A DNA stretch of 61,195 nucleotides from contig JBKHJL010000002.1 in the NCBI GenBank assembly GCA_046538155.1, positions 1-61,195 of the forward strand, in the 5' to 3' direction. Each line of letters begins with the position of its first letter. Position 1 is the stretch's first letter. The DNA comes from Candidatus Micrarchaeia archaeon (GTDB lineage: Archaea; Micrarchaeota; Micrarchaeia; Anstonellales; Bilamarchaeaceae). The notes beneath the pieces were generated by a model. It saw nothing but the letters and a program-made list of their open reading frames with translations. It was not told the origin of the DNA and ran no database searches. The translations under genes and the position numbers were made by a program. Shown piece after piece: positions 27,097 to 36,170 of the stretch.

Positions 27097-27618
27097 GTGA
27101 TTATGATGAAAAATAATAGAAAAGGACAGGCCGCGATGGAGTACCTGATGACTTATGGGTGGGCGCTCCTTGCAATAGTTATTGTGATTGCTGCCCTGAT
27201 TTACCTGAACCCCTTCAGTGCTCCCGAGCTGTGCTTGTTCCAGCAGCAGGGCTTCTCCTGCAGCGAGCCAAATCCTCAGCTTTACCTTAACGACAATGGT
27301 GAAGTAGAGATGAACGTTCGCCTCTGGAACAAGCTCGGAAAATCAGTTGAGGTCCACAGCATCCTCTGTACAAATGCGCAGGCTTCTGCTGTTGATGAAG
27401 ACGACGCAACAAATGCTGGGGGCGAAACCATCGCAACAGGTTCAAGCAAGGATTTCACAGGAATTTCCTGTGTTGATGCAGATGGGGACCCAATAGAGAT
27501 GGAGCCCAACCAGGAGTTCCGCGGAAGGATGATGGTCTGGTACAACTATAAGGATGACATCGACCAAACCATCCACCATGAAGCCCAGGCAAATGTCATC
27601 TCTCTTGTGGTCGGGTAA
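27097..27618 (+). CDS. archaeal type IV pilin-like protein (class III signal peptide, Flp/Epd-like)
   Basis: GTG start immediately after the upstream stop. The N-terminus NNRKGQAAMEYLMTYGWALLAIVIVIAALIYL has a basic stretch, then G/Q, then an E-Y motif and a hydrophobic helix, as in Epd pilins and bacterial Flp. Confidence 0.8.
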   Translation: MIMMKNNRKGQAAMEYLMTYGWALLAIVIVIAALIYLNPFSAPELCLFQQQGFSCSEPNPQLYLNDNGEVEMNVRLWNKLGKSVEVHSILCTNAQASAVDEDDATNAGGETIATGSSKDFTGISCVDADGDPIEMEPNQEFRGRMMVWYNYKDDIDQTIHHEAQANVISLVVG

Positions 27619-27663
27619 GTGGAATTGGAGCGGGAAAGCAATTTCCCCTCCCTGTTTTTTATT

Positions 27664-28860
27664 TTAGCTTCCTATTTTTTTCCCTTTGCCCATTGCATTG
27701 ACCATTACCGGAAAAAGGTCCCGGCCGTCTATGTGTCCGAGCCCCCCTTCCATGCAGTAGAATTCATCAAATTTTTTCATGCTGTCTTTCCTGAAACCCG
27801 GCCCCCAGCAGAGAAGTGGAACTTCATGGCCGGTGTGTTTACCTGTGCAGCAGGCGGTTGTGTGGTCCCCGGTAACCATTATATTTGCGCCTGTTTTTTT
27901 TAGCACAGGAACCAATTCCCTATCCACTTTTTCAATTATCTTCTGCTTGCATTTTGCATCCCTGTCATGCGAGCAGTTGTCTGTTGCCTTTACATGCACA
28001 AAAACAAAATCATGGTTCTTCAGCGCGGCAACTGCATGCTTTGCCTTTGCCTTCAGGTCAGTATCTGCAGTTCCGGTTGCCCCTTCAACATGCAACACAT
28101 CCATTCCTATGTATTCCGCTACGCCCCTGTACAATGCGCCACCGGCAACACATGCCCCGTTGAATCCATGGTGCTTTGCAAACGGCTCAATTTTCCGGTA
28201 TGCCCCTGCCCCCCGGCAAAGTACTGCATTTGCAGGAAGTTTCCTCCCCCTGTTCGCCTCCACCTTACCCAGCACATCCATTGCCTTTTTTGTAAATTCA
28301 TTCAATATGCGTGCAGTTTTTTCCGAGCCCTTTTTCAGTGCTCTGGATTTCGGCACCGGAACGTGTGCATGGGGGTCTGTTCCGCTAACATGTGCCCCGA
28401 GGCCATTTCCCCTGAGTATGAGCACCCCTCTGTGCTCAACCGTGCTGCGGAAGATAACCTCTGCTCCATTCACATTTATTTTTTTGATTTTCTTCTCAAG
28501 CTTCTTTCCCAGGGAAGTCGTAATTCTTCCTGCCCTCCGGTCTACTATTTCCCCTTTTTTTACCGTGGCAAAATTTGTTCTGAATGCCACATCGCCTTTC
28601 ATGAGTTTAATCCCGGAGCCGAGTGCCTCAAGCGGCCCCCTTCCGCAATAGTATTCCCAGTATGGATATCCAAGCAGGGTAAGGTGTGATGTATCGCTTC
28701 CAGGAACATTCCCTCTCCCCAGCGGTGAGAGCATTCCAAGGAGCCCTTCCCTGGCCATTCTGTCCAGGTTTTTTTTCTTTGACGCAGAAAGCGGCGTTTT
28801 TCCTTTCTTGTTACCGAGGTCTCCGAGCCCGTCCATAATAAGCAGTATTCCTTTTTCCAT
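27664..28860 (-). CDS. apgM: 2,3-bisphosphoglycerate-independent phosphoglycerate mutase, archaeal type
   Basis: GILLIMDGLGD...GSDTSHLTLLGYP...FVFVHVKATDNCSHD...IMVTGDHTT are the metal-binding motifs of the ApgM family. Confidence 0.9.
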   Translation of the reverse strand: MEKGILLIMDGLGDLGNKKGKTPLSASKKKNLDRMAREGLLGMLSPLGRGNVPGSDTSHLTLLGYPYWEYYCGRGPLEALGSGIKLMKGDVAFRTNFATVKKGEIVDRRAGRITTSLGKKLEKKIKKINVNGAEVIFRSTVEHRGVLILRGNGLGAHVSGTDPHAHVPVPKSRALKKGSEKTARILNEFTKKAMDVLGKVEANRGRKLPANAVLCRGAGAYRKIEPFAKHHGFNGACVAGGALYRGVAEYIGMDVLHVEGATGTADTDLKAKAKHAVAALKNHDFVFVHVKATDNCSHDRDAKCKQKIIEKVDRELVPVLKKTGANIMVTGDHTTACCTGKHTGHEVPLLCWGPGFRKDSMKKFDEFYCMEGGLGHIDGRDLFPVMVNAMGKGKKIGS

Positions 28861-28893
28861 ATTCCGGCTTCGGAAAAAAGAATTAAAATTCTT

Positions 28894-29529
28894 TCATCTT
28901 TCATGCACCTGTATTTTTGTGAACAGGTATTTCGCTACTTTGCCCTTTTCTTCCTGCATCTCAAGGAATTTTTCAGGCCTGAGTGCCCAGTAAGGCTGCA
29001 TATACCATGATTTCTCCTTCTTTTCTATAAGCTTCAGGTAAGCGCTGCATTCTATCGCTTCCATGCTTTGGAACGGGTCGCTGAATTTTTCCTTAAGCAG
29101 GGTGAACATCTCTTCTTTTTCCCGGAGATGTGCAGCAAGTGAGAATCCGGATGCTATCAGCCCCACCACAAGCCCTTTTTTAATATCCTGGTCCCCTCTT
29201 TCCATTACCTGGCTGAGGCAGACTACTGCCGCAACAGTGTCAAGCGCTCCTGTCTGGGCAAGGCGTTTTGCAGAAAGCGGCCTCCTGTTTTCCTTCAGCA
29301 TGTTCGCAGTTGAAAAGGAGTTAAGGGCAGTATGCAGGGAAGCGAATGCAAGAGGCCCCATTGCAATTCCCGGATGCAGCCCGCCTGTTGCAAAGAAACC
29401 GGCAGCAGCGATTGCTGCAGAAGAAAAGATGCCAAGGGGGCGGATATTCCTGAATACTGCCCTTCTCGCTTTTTCCCCAACCAGCTCTTTTTTCCTGGTT
29501 CTCCTGATCGCGGTGGTTTTGTGGTTCAT
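28894..29529 (-). CDS. hypothetical protein with 3-4 hydrophobic segments
   Basis: 211-aa ORF whose antisense partner looks non-coding. No family recognised. Confidence 0.5.
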   Translation of the reverse strand: MNHKTTAIRRTRKKELVGEKARRAVFRNIRPLGIFSSAAIAAAGFFATGGLHPGIAMGPLAFASLHTALNSFSTANMLKENRRPLSAKRLAQTGALDTVAAVVCLSQVMERGDQDIKKGLVVGLIASGFSLAAHLREKEEMFTLLKEKFSDPFQSMEAIECSAYLKLIEKKEKSWYMQPYWALRPEKFLEMQEEKGKVAKYLFTKIQVHER

Positions 29530-29575
29530 TGGCGAATAAACTACACTAAAATGTTTTTAAAACCATCATCAATTT

Positions 29576-29598
29576 AAATAAAAAATAAATAAAAAATT
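29576..29598 (-). terminator. T-rich tract (minus strand) downstream of the small zinc-ribbon gene
   Basis: The plus strand reads aaataaaaaataaataaaaaatt, so the minus strand carries oligo-T runs about 30 nt after the stop at 29627. Archaeal terminators are typically oligo-T. Confidence 0.35.
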
Positions 29599-29626
29599 CA
29601 GTAAATTCTGAAAAGTTATAATGCCT

Positions 29627-29776
29627 TCAGAATCTTGGTTTCCTTGGCCTGTAGCATTCTCTGCAATAAACAGGCCTTCCTTCGACAGGCTTGAAAGGAA
29701 CTTTGCAGGGCTTTCCGCATTTGGAGCACACCGCATCGTGCATTTCTCTTTCAGGCCTTCCGCCTTCTTCATCCAT
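29627..29776 (-). CDS. small CxxC-x17-CxxC zinc-ribbon protein (49 aa), absent from the ORF track
   Basis: Hand translation of the minus strand gives MDEEGGRPEREMHDAVCSKCGKPCKVPFKPVEGRPVYCRECYRPRKPRF. The C..CG....VPF.P...RPVYC..C pattern is the widespread CxxC-x17-CxxC domain. The track ORF 29569..29772 is in a different frame and looks spurious. Confidence 0.75.
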   Translation of the reverse strand: MDEEGGRPEREMHDAVCSKCGKPCKVPFKPVEGRPVYCRECYRPRKPRF

Positions 29777-29898
29777 ATTTTTCACCTATTCACGGGGTAA
29801 ACCCGTTTTTTTTATTTAAGCACTATTCTCTTAATAAATATTCCTGTGCCGCATTTCCGGTGCAAACACAGAAACCCACCACTGGAAACCCACCCTCC

Positions 29899-29926
29899 AA
29901 AATTTAAAAACCCATCTAAATATACA
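29899..29926 (+). promoter_or_regulatory. TATA-like elements upstream of mcm
   Basis: aaaatttaaaaa (29899-29910) and tctaaatataca (29915-29926) precede ATG 29938. A C-rich tract (cccaccctcc) lies immediately upstream. Confidence 0.4.
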
Positions 29927-29937
29927 TATCTAATCCT

Positions 29938-31986
29938 ATGGGTGAGCAGGATCTTACTTCTCTAGTTTCGGTCTTCGATGACTTCTTTACCTCTATTTAT
30001 AAAACTGAGATGAACAGGGTACTTGCATCTTATCCCACCATCCGCAGCATAAATGTGGATTTCCAGGAGCTGGACCGGTTCAATCCTTCAGTGGCCGACC
30101 GCCTCCTTTCCGAGCCGGAAATTGTAAGGGAAGCTGCAGAGGAAGCTATACGCACGATGAATCTTACCCTTCCCCCAGGGGTTGGGGAGTTTGCCCCGCA
30201 TGTCCGTTTCTATAACGGCCCGAATGCGGATTTGATGATTGAGCAGCTGAGCTCAAAAAAGCTGAACCAGCTGGTCTCATTTAAGGGAATAATTACTAAG
30301 CGCACAGATGTGATGCACAAGGTGAAAAAGGCACATTATACCTGCCAGGCCTGCGGGGAAACGTATGATGTTGTGGTGGGGAGGAATTTCAAGCCCCCGA
30401 GGATGTGTTCTTCCTGCAAGAAACTCGCCCTGGTCCCGAACGAAGAAAAATCTGATTTTGTGGACATGCAGAAAGCAGAGGTGCAGGACCTCCTGGAAAA
30501 AGTAAGTGGGGGCGCGCCCGCAGCAAAGCTGGAGCTCTGGTTTGAGGATGATGTAGTGAACAACGTCAATCCCGGAGAAAATGTCCAGATTACGGGGATA
30601 ATGAGAATCAAGCCTTCCCAGAACACCAGGCAGAAAAATGAGCTCGTTTTCAACCGCTACGTGGACGTACTGCACGTGGATAGCCTGAAACGGGATTTTG
30701 AGGAAATCAACCTTACCAAGGAAGATATCGCGAGAATAAAGGAGGCTGCAAAGCACGATAATATAACAAAACGCATATTCTCCTCAATTGCTCCTGCAGT
30801 TTATGGGTATGATGAGGTGAAAAAGGCACTTGCCCTCCAGCTTTTTGGAGGTACAAGCGGGAAGAAAATGAGAGGGGAGGCAATAGTCAGAGATGATATC
30901 CATGTACTTCTCATCGGAGACCCGGGAATAGCTAAAACAAGAATAATGAATTCTGCAGTGGACCTTGCTCCCAAATCCATGTATGTAAGCGGAAAGAGCG
31001 TTTCCGGAGTTGGCCTTACAGCTTCAGCAGAAAAGGATGAGCTCGGCGACGGAGGATGGACACTCAAAGCAGGGGCCCTTGTGCTTGCATCAGGAGGAAT
31101 CGGGGCAATAGATGAGTTTGATAAGATTGAGGATGAAGACCGTTCTTCCCTGCACGAAGTGATGGAATCAGCAACCGTTTCCATAGCAAAAGCAGGGATT
31201 GTTGCAAAGTTCAAGGCAAAGACTTCAATTGTTGCCGCTGCAAACCCGAAGCACGGGAGGTTCAACCAGACAAAGAACCTTGCAGACCAGTTTGATGTCC
31301 CACCATCTCTTCTTTCAAGGTTTGACCTGCTCTTCCCAATAATGGATGTGCTGGATGAGGAGAAGGACCTAAACCTCGCAGAGCACATACTCTCATCGCA
31401 CATAGATGCGGCAAGGGGAACTGTGCAGGAGGATGAAGAGTCTCTTGACAGGGAGTTCCTTAGAAAATATATCGCATATGCAAGGCGCAATATCCGCCCT
31501 GTCCTGAGCGATTCTGCAAAAGATAAAATAAAGGAGTTTTACCTTGATTTGAGAAGAAGGGGAAAAAACAGCGGTTCGGTTCCGATAACCCCCAGGTACC
31601 TTGAGGGCCTGGTGCGCCTTGCAGAGGCCCATGCAAAGATGCGCCTTTCCCAGATGGTGGAGCTGGAGGATGCAAAAGTGGCGATAGATCTGCTTGATTA
31701 TGTTCTCAAGAAAGTCCTTACGGACCAGGAAACCGGGAGATTTGATGTTGATATAATTACTACGGGAAAGCCCCGTTCGCAGGTGGAGAAAATAGAATCA
31801 ATTCTTGACATAATAAAGGAGAAGACGGTGGAGCAGGAGGCCGTTTCAAAGCAGGAAGTTCTTGAGGAGGCTGAAGCTGCAGGGCTTGATGCTGCAACAG
31901 CCAAGCGCATACTTTCTGAGCTCCAGCGCAAAGGAGACATATATGAAAAAGAGCCGGGGTGGATTGCAATTGTCGGAAACAAGTGA
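29938..31986 (+). CDS. mcm: MCM replicative helicase
   Basis: Zinc motif CQACG...CSSCKK, Walker A LLIGDPGIAKTR, Walker B GIGAIDEFDKI, arginine finger SRFDLLF, and a C-terminal wHTH-like tail. Confidence 0.95.
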   Translation: MGEQDLTSLVSVFDDFFTSIYKTEMNRVLASYPTIRSINVDFQELDRFNPSVADRLLSEPEIVREAAEEAIRTMNLTLPPGVGEFAPHVRFYNGPNADLMIEQLSSKKLNQLVSFKGIITKRTDVMHKVKKAHYTCQACGETYDVVVGRNFKPPRMCSSCKKLALVPNEEKSDFVDMQKAEVQDLLEKVSGGAPAAKLELWFEDDVVNNVNPGENVQITGIMRIKPSQNTRQKNELVFNRYVDVLHVDSLKRDFEEINLTKEDIARIKEAAKHDNITKRIFSSIAPAVYGYDEVKKALALQLFGGTSGKKMRGEAIVRDDIHVLLIGDPGIAKTRIMNSAVDLAPKSMYVSGKSVSGVGLTASAEKDELGDGGWTLKAGALVLASGGIGAIDEFDKIEDEDRSSLHEVMESATVSIAKAGIVAKFKAKTSIVAAANPKHGRFNQTKNLADQFDVPPSLLSRFDLLFPIMDVLDEEKDLNLAEHILSSHIDAARGTVQEDEESLDREFLRKYIAYARRNIRPVLSDSAKDKIKEFYLDLRRRGKNSGSVPITPRYLEGLVRLAEAHAKMRLSQMVELEDAKVAIDLLDYVLKKVLTDQETGRFDVDIITTGKPRSQVEKIESILDIIKEKTVEQEAVSKQEVLEEAEAAGLDAATAKRILSELQRKGDIYEKEPGWIAIVGNK

Positions 31987-32590
31987 AAGAGGAATAACCA
32001 TTGCTGAAATGAAGGAACTGGAAGAAAAAGCATATTCAGCAGGAACCACTGAGAGAGAGCTTATGGAGCGCGCAGGGAGGGGATGCGCCGGAATAATAGA
32101 ACGCAATACAGGGAAAGAGAATTTAATACTGGTTTTTTGCGGGCCGGGAAACAATGGAGGTGATGGCTTGGTATGTGCCCGCTATCTCAGCACCAAAAAC
32201 AAGGTTGCCGCAGTTGTGCTTTCAGAGCCAAAAACACAAATTTCCAGGATTAATCTTGAAAGGGCGAGGGATGCCGGAGTAAAGATAATTCCCCTGGAGG
32301 ATGCACATTCCTTTCCCCATACCGTTATCGTGGACGCCTTACTGGGCATAGGCGCGAGGCTTCCTCTTGGAGGGAGGGTAAAGGAAGCCTGCGACATAAT
32401 AAACAGCTCCCCTGGCTTCACAATCTCAATAGATGTCCCTACAGGGATGGATGCAGATACCGGAGAAAAGGATGTTTCGGCAGTTAAGCCTGATGCAACA
32501 ATATGCATACAGGAACCCAAGAAGGGAATTGTGCTCGGAGGGGAAGCAAATACGGGAGAACTCTGGATTCTGGACATCGGCCTTGGGTAG
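31943..32590 (+). CDS. nnrE: NAD(P)H-hydrate epimerase (YjeF N-terminal domain)
   Basis: LMERAG...ILVFCGPGNNGGDGLVCARYL...VIVDALLGIGARLPL...ISIDVPTGMDADTG. I chose ATG 31943 because of the AAGGAGA Shine-Dalgarno 5 nt upstream. That start overlaps the mcm 3' end by 44 nt. The alternative is ATG 32009. Confidence 0.8.
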   Translation: MKKSRGGLQLSETSERGITIAEMKELEEKAYSAGTTERELMERAGRGCAGIIERNTGKENLILVFCGPGNNGGDGLVCARYLSTKNKVAAVVLSEPKTQISRINLERARDAGVKIIPLEDAHSFPHTVIVDALLGIGARLPLGGRVKEACDIINSSPGFTISIDVPTGMDADTGEKDVSAVKPDATICIQEPKKGIVLGGEANTGELWILDIGLG

Positions 32591-32621
32591 CTTTTTATTC
32601 TCTCCGCCCGATTAAATTAGG

Positions 32622-33446
32622 ATGCGCCTTTATTTCAAGCTGCTGGTAATGTTTATTGTAACCCAGGTAATGGGAGTATATGCCGGCTCCTACATACTTG
32701 AAGATGCAAAGACTAATCAATATGTGAATACTCTTATGATGGTGAATGCAGGGCCATCCTCACTTGTTTATTTTGTTTTTGCAGTGATTTGCGGTGCCCT
32801 CCTCTTCATCCTCCTTCACCGTCTTCATATCTCGATCCTGTTTACTCTTCTTGAGTTGGCAGTCATCAGCACAACTTCCTCAATTTTTTTCTATTCTCTC
32901 CTGAACCCAGTTCTCCTTTCCACCTTAGATTCAATGGTTTTTGCAATATTGGGGGGGATGATGTTTTCCGTGCTCAAGCAGCTGTTCCCCTCTCTTAAGA
33001 ATCTTGCTGCAATGGTTTCCAGCGCAGGTGCGGGTGCAGTTTTCGGCTTCACTTTTGGTTTTGTAACTGCGCTTGTTTTTCTGTTCATTCTTGCAATCTA
33101 TGATTATATTTCTGTGTTCAAGACAAAGCACATGGTAACAATGGCAAATGAGATTGTTAAGCGGGACATGGCATTTACAATTTCCGCGGAGAAAATTATT
33201 GAAAAAGGGAAAAAGGCGCGCCTTGACCTTGGCACTGGAGACCTTTCTCTTCCCATAATGGTGGGTGTTGCCGCCTATTCCATCAGTCCCCTCCTTTCCC
33301 TGTTTACTATTGCAGGCTCAACTCTGGGCACGCTTTTTGTTCTTTTTATTGCCTGGAAGCACCACACTGTCCTTCCCGCCCTTCCTCCGATAACCGCAGG
33401 AATATTTATTTTTTCCATTGCCGCCATCTATTTCGGAATTGTTTAG
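32622..33446 (+). CDS. presenilin/signal-peptide-peptidase-type GxGD intramembrane aspartyl protease (A22, archaeal PSH-like)
   Basis: AIYDYISVF (YD), LDLGTGDLSLP (GxGD) and LPALPPI (PAL) occur in the canonical order within a protein of about 8-9 TM helices. Confidence 0.75.
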   Translation: MRLYFKLLVMFIVTQVMGVYAGSYILEDAKTNQYVNTLMMVNAGPSSLVYFVFAVICGALLFILLHRLHISILFTLLELAVISTTSSIFFYSLLNPVLLSTLDSMVFAILGGMMFSVLKQLFPSLKNLAAMVSSAGAGAVFGFTFGFVTALVFLFILAIYDYISVFKTKHMVTMANEIVKRDMAFTISAEKIIEKGKKARLDLGTGDLSLPIMVGVAAYSISPLLSLFTIAGSTLGTLFVLFIAWKHHTVLPALPPITAGIFIFSIAAIYFGIV

Positions 33447-34489
33447 AATACGCGGAAATCAACGACCACCTGCTTTGTTGATGCAGAGTATGGTCGTACT
33501 TCCTTTTCAAAAACAAATTCTATGTTTCTTCCCGCATTTTCTGCATCCTTTTCTATTTTTTCTTCAAGTGCATCAATGCCCCCTTCTCTTTCTACCATCC
33601 TGTAAAAATGCACAATGCATCCTGGTTTTGCAGCAGAAAATGCAGCACCCAGAAACTCTTCCGCGCCCATTGGAAGCGGCATCACAATCCGGTCTGCCCA
33701 CCCCCTAAACTTTCCTTTTGCAGCTTCCCGCGCATCGCCCAGCACTACTTCTACGTTTTTCAGCTTATTCAATTTGATATTTTCCCCAAAATATTTTACT
33801 GCATCAGGATTGAGTTCCACCCCAACTACTTTTGCGGAGGACTGTTTCTTCCCTATTTCCAGGGCAAACGGCCCAACTCCTGCAAAAAGCACCAGCACAT
33901 TTTCCCCTTCTCCCACCTCTTCCATGATTCGCTTCCGCTCATGGCTCAGCCTTGGGGAAAAGTAGACTTTCCTCACATCCAGCTTCATCCGCACCCCGTT
34001 TTCCACATACTCTGTTTCGCTTTTTTCCTCCCCTGCAAGGTGGGTAAGCTTTGTAACCCTGAAGTCCCCTGTTCTTCCCCCTGCCTTTTTCCACACTGCA
34101 TTTATTTTTTTGTCTCCGCGCAGCAGCAGTTCCCCCACTTCCTTTTCATGCTCCCGCAGTTTTTCCGGAATCTGCACAATTGCAATGTCCCCCACCACAT
34201 CATAAGAAGATAAAACCCCTTTAGCGTTTTCTTCCCCAAAACGCTCAATAAGCAATTCCCTGAACCCCTTTCTCTCCTCCCGTTTTTCAAGTTCACTTTC
34301 TACCAACTTATATTTTTCCGGAACCCCCTCCCCCTTTACCGGAACATAGACATATTCTCCATCGCTTCTGATAACTCTTTTTTCATCAAACAGTCCCAGT
34401 GCTTTAAGCTCATTTTTAGCTTTTTGGCCATCGCTTTTCTTTACGCGCACAGCCCTTCCCTTAACCAACATTGCTTTAATTTGCGCCAT
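33443..34489 (-). CDS. trm5: tRNA (guanine37-N1)-methyltransferase Trm5 / Met-10+ family
   Basis: VYFSPRLSHER...VLVLFAGVGPFALEIG...VVGVELNPDAVKY...ADRIVMPLP match the Trm5/Taw22 class I methyltransferase motifs. Confidence 0.8.
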   Translation of the reverse strand: MAQIKAMLVKGRAVRVKKSDGQKAKNELKALGLFDEKRVIRSDGEYVYVPVKGEGVPEKYKLVESELEKREERKGFRELLIERFGEENAKGVLSSYDVVGDIAIVQIPEKLREHEKEVGELLLRGDKKINAVWKKAGGRTGDFRVTKLTHLAGEEKSETEYVENGVRMKLDVRKVYFSPRLSHERKRIMEEVGEGENVLVLFAGVGPFALEIGKKQSSAKVVGVELNPDAVKYFGENIKLNKLKNVEVVLGDAREAAKGKFRGWADRIVMPLPMGAEEFLGAAFSAAKPGCIVHFYRMVEREGGIDALEEKIEKDAENAGRNIEFVFEKEVRPYSASTKQVVVDFRVF

Positions 34490-34525
34490 TCCCCTTTAAA
34501 CCATAATCCCCCCAATCTCAAACCA

Positions 34526-35398
34526 ATGGAGCAGAGGGAATACCTGGGTTGGCTAAATCAGTATACGGATGCAGAGGCCTGCATCCGGGTCCAGCAGTCA
34601 ATACCTATATACCTGAGGGTAAACACTCTCAAAACTACTCCCGAAGAATACTTAAGCTGGACAGAACTCAGGCTCGAAAAAACATTCATTCCTTATGCGT
34701 TCAAAGTATTGGAGCTCCCGCAAAATGGCCTTGGAAACACACTAGACTATGCAACAGGCTGGTTGCATACACAATCCCTGTCTTCCATGCTTCCCCCGCA
34801 CATTCTCAATCCAAAACCAGGAGAAAGAGTGCTGGATATCTGCGCAGCCCCCGGCTCAAAAACAACTCAGTGCGCAGCCCTCATGAATAATAAAGGCATA
34901 GTTCTGGCAAATGACAAAAACCGCGGAAGAATCAGCGCTCTCTCCAGCAATCTGGAAAGACTGGGAGCAATAAATACAACGACCATGAACCAGAACGGCA
35001 CTTGTTTCAATTCCCTCCATACATTTCCCAAAATTCTTGTGGATGTGCCCTGCTCCGGGCTGGGAAGCAGCAAAAATGCATACCGTTGGTGGAATGAGAG
35101 GTATTCAAGAGGCATCTCTGCCTCACAGACTTCCATTCTTTTCACTGCTTTCAGGCATCTGGAGCCAGGCGGAACCCTGATATATTCTACCTGCACGTAT
35201 TCTCCGGATGAAAATGAACTGCCGGTTTTCCGCCTCCTTGAAAAGCATCCTGAAGCAGGATTGGAAAGGATAGAATGCATTCCGGATACGGAGCCAGGTC
35301 TCAGCGATTTTGGAAAAGAGCTGAAAAAAGCAATTCGGATTTATCCCCACAGATTCAACAGCGAGGGATTCTTCCTTGCAAAAATCAAAAAGCATTAG
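34526..35398 (+). CDS. NOL1/NOP2/Sun-family RNA cytosine-C5 methyltransferase
   Basis: VLDICAAPGSKTTQ, ILVDVPCSGLG and GTLIYSTCTYSPDENE (two catalytic Cys motifs). The ORF track starts at 34424 inside trm5. ATG 34526 has a TATA-like ctttaaac about 25 nt upstream. Confidence 0.85.
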   Translation: MEQREYLGWLNQYTDAEACIRVQQSIPIYLRVNTLKTTPEEYLSWTELRLEKTFIPYAFKVLELPQNGLGNTLDYATGWLHTQSLSSMLPPHILNPKPGERVLDICAAPGSKTTQCAALMNNKGIVLANDKNRGRISALSSNLERLGAINTTTMNQNGTCFNSLHTFPKILVDVPCSGLGSSKNAYRWWNERYSRGISASQTSILFTAFRHLEPGGTLIYSTCTYSPDENELPVFRLLEKHPEAGLERIECIPDTEPGLSDFGKELKKAIRIYPHRFNSEGFFLAKIKKH

Positions 35399-36123
35399 AC
35401 TTTTCCTATAGCATTGATGTAGATTGAGGTTTCTCCTTCTTCAACTCTAAGAAACCTATCCATCTCTTCAGGCACAAATCCCCCAATGGGGACTGCCCCC
35501 ATGCCCAGCGAAACCGCCTCAAGCAAGAGGTTTTCGCTTATATGCCCTGCCTCCATTGCAATGTACAAATCCGCGCGTTCCCCATATTTTGCAGCAGTGC
35601 GCTCCCGCACTGCAGTCATTACAATCACAGCTGCAGCATCGCGCACGCACTCCTGCCCCAGGGCAGCCGCAGCCACTTCTTCCCTGAAGTCTCCCTCCTG
35701 GACAAGAACCAGCTTATGCTCTTCAGGAATATATTTGTAAATTCCGCAGTAAACTCCTTCCACCTTATTGGGCACGACATACAGCTCAATGGGGTAAAGT
35801 GCACCTGCGGAAGGCGCAGCGCGCCCTCCCCACTCGCTTGTGGTTCCCTGTCCTGCCCAGAGCAGCATGGACAGCTCTTCCAGTGTAATGTTTTCTCCAG
35901 TATATTCCCGCACAGACCTCCTTTCCCTGATTGCTTCTTCCACACTACTTCCTGAGTAATCCGGCTCAGGCAGGTTTATTTCGGACTGGGCCGGGTTTGA
36001 ACTGCATTCCATACCAACAACCTCTTTTTCAGAGCCACCGCTCCAGATGGCCCACAGAATGACTAAAACAACAAGGAGAGCAGCAACACCCCCAAGCACT
36101 TCCTTAAGTTCTGCCATGCACAT
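35395..36123 (-). CDS. SagB-type/nitroreductase-family protein with N-terminal TM anchor
   Basis: AIRERRSVREY...LSMLLWAGQG...GALYPIELYVV...VSLGMGAVPIGGF is the nitroreductase/SagB dehydrogenase pattern. Confidence 0.7.
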   Translation of the reverse strand: MCMAELKEVLGGVAALLVVLVILWAIWSGGSEKEVVGMECSSNPAQSEINLPEPDYSGSSVEEAIRERRSVREYTGENITLEELSMLLWAGQGTTSEWGGRAAPSAGALYPIELYVVPNKVEGVYCGIYKYIPEEHKLVLVQEGDFREEVAAAALGQECVRDAAAVIVMTAVRERTAAKYGERADLYIAMEAGHISENLLLEAVSLGMGAVPIGGFVPEEMDRFLRVEEGETSIYINAIGKV

Positions 36124-36170
36124 GCTTCAACCTGCATTTTTATATTGTTTTTTGCATCTACCCTCTACCG

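Noticed and set aside
27779-28689. Plus-strand ORFs 27779-28651 (290 aa) and 27967-28689 (240 aa), plus 27619-27903
   Set aside because: All are antisense to apgM, whose frame has the full metal-binding motif set.
29785-29812. Hairpin acgggg-taa-acccgt followed by a T-run on the plus strand upstream of mcm, considered as a terminator or origin element
   Set aside because: No plus-strand gene ends upstream of it. There are no repeated ORB-like boxes and no orc1/cdc6 gene nearby. A single short hairpin is insufficient evidence.
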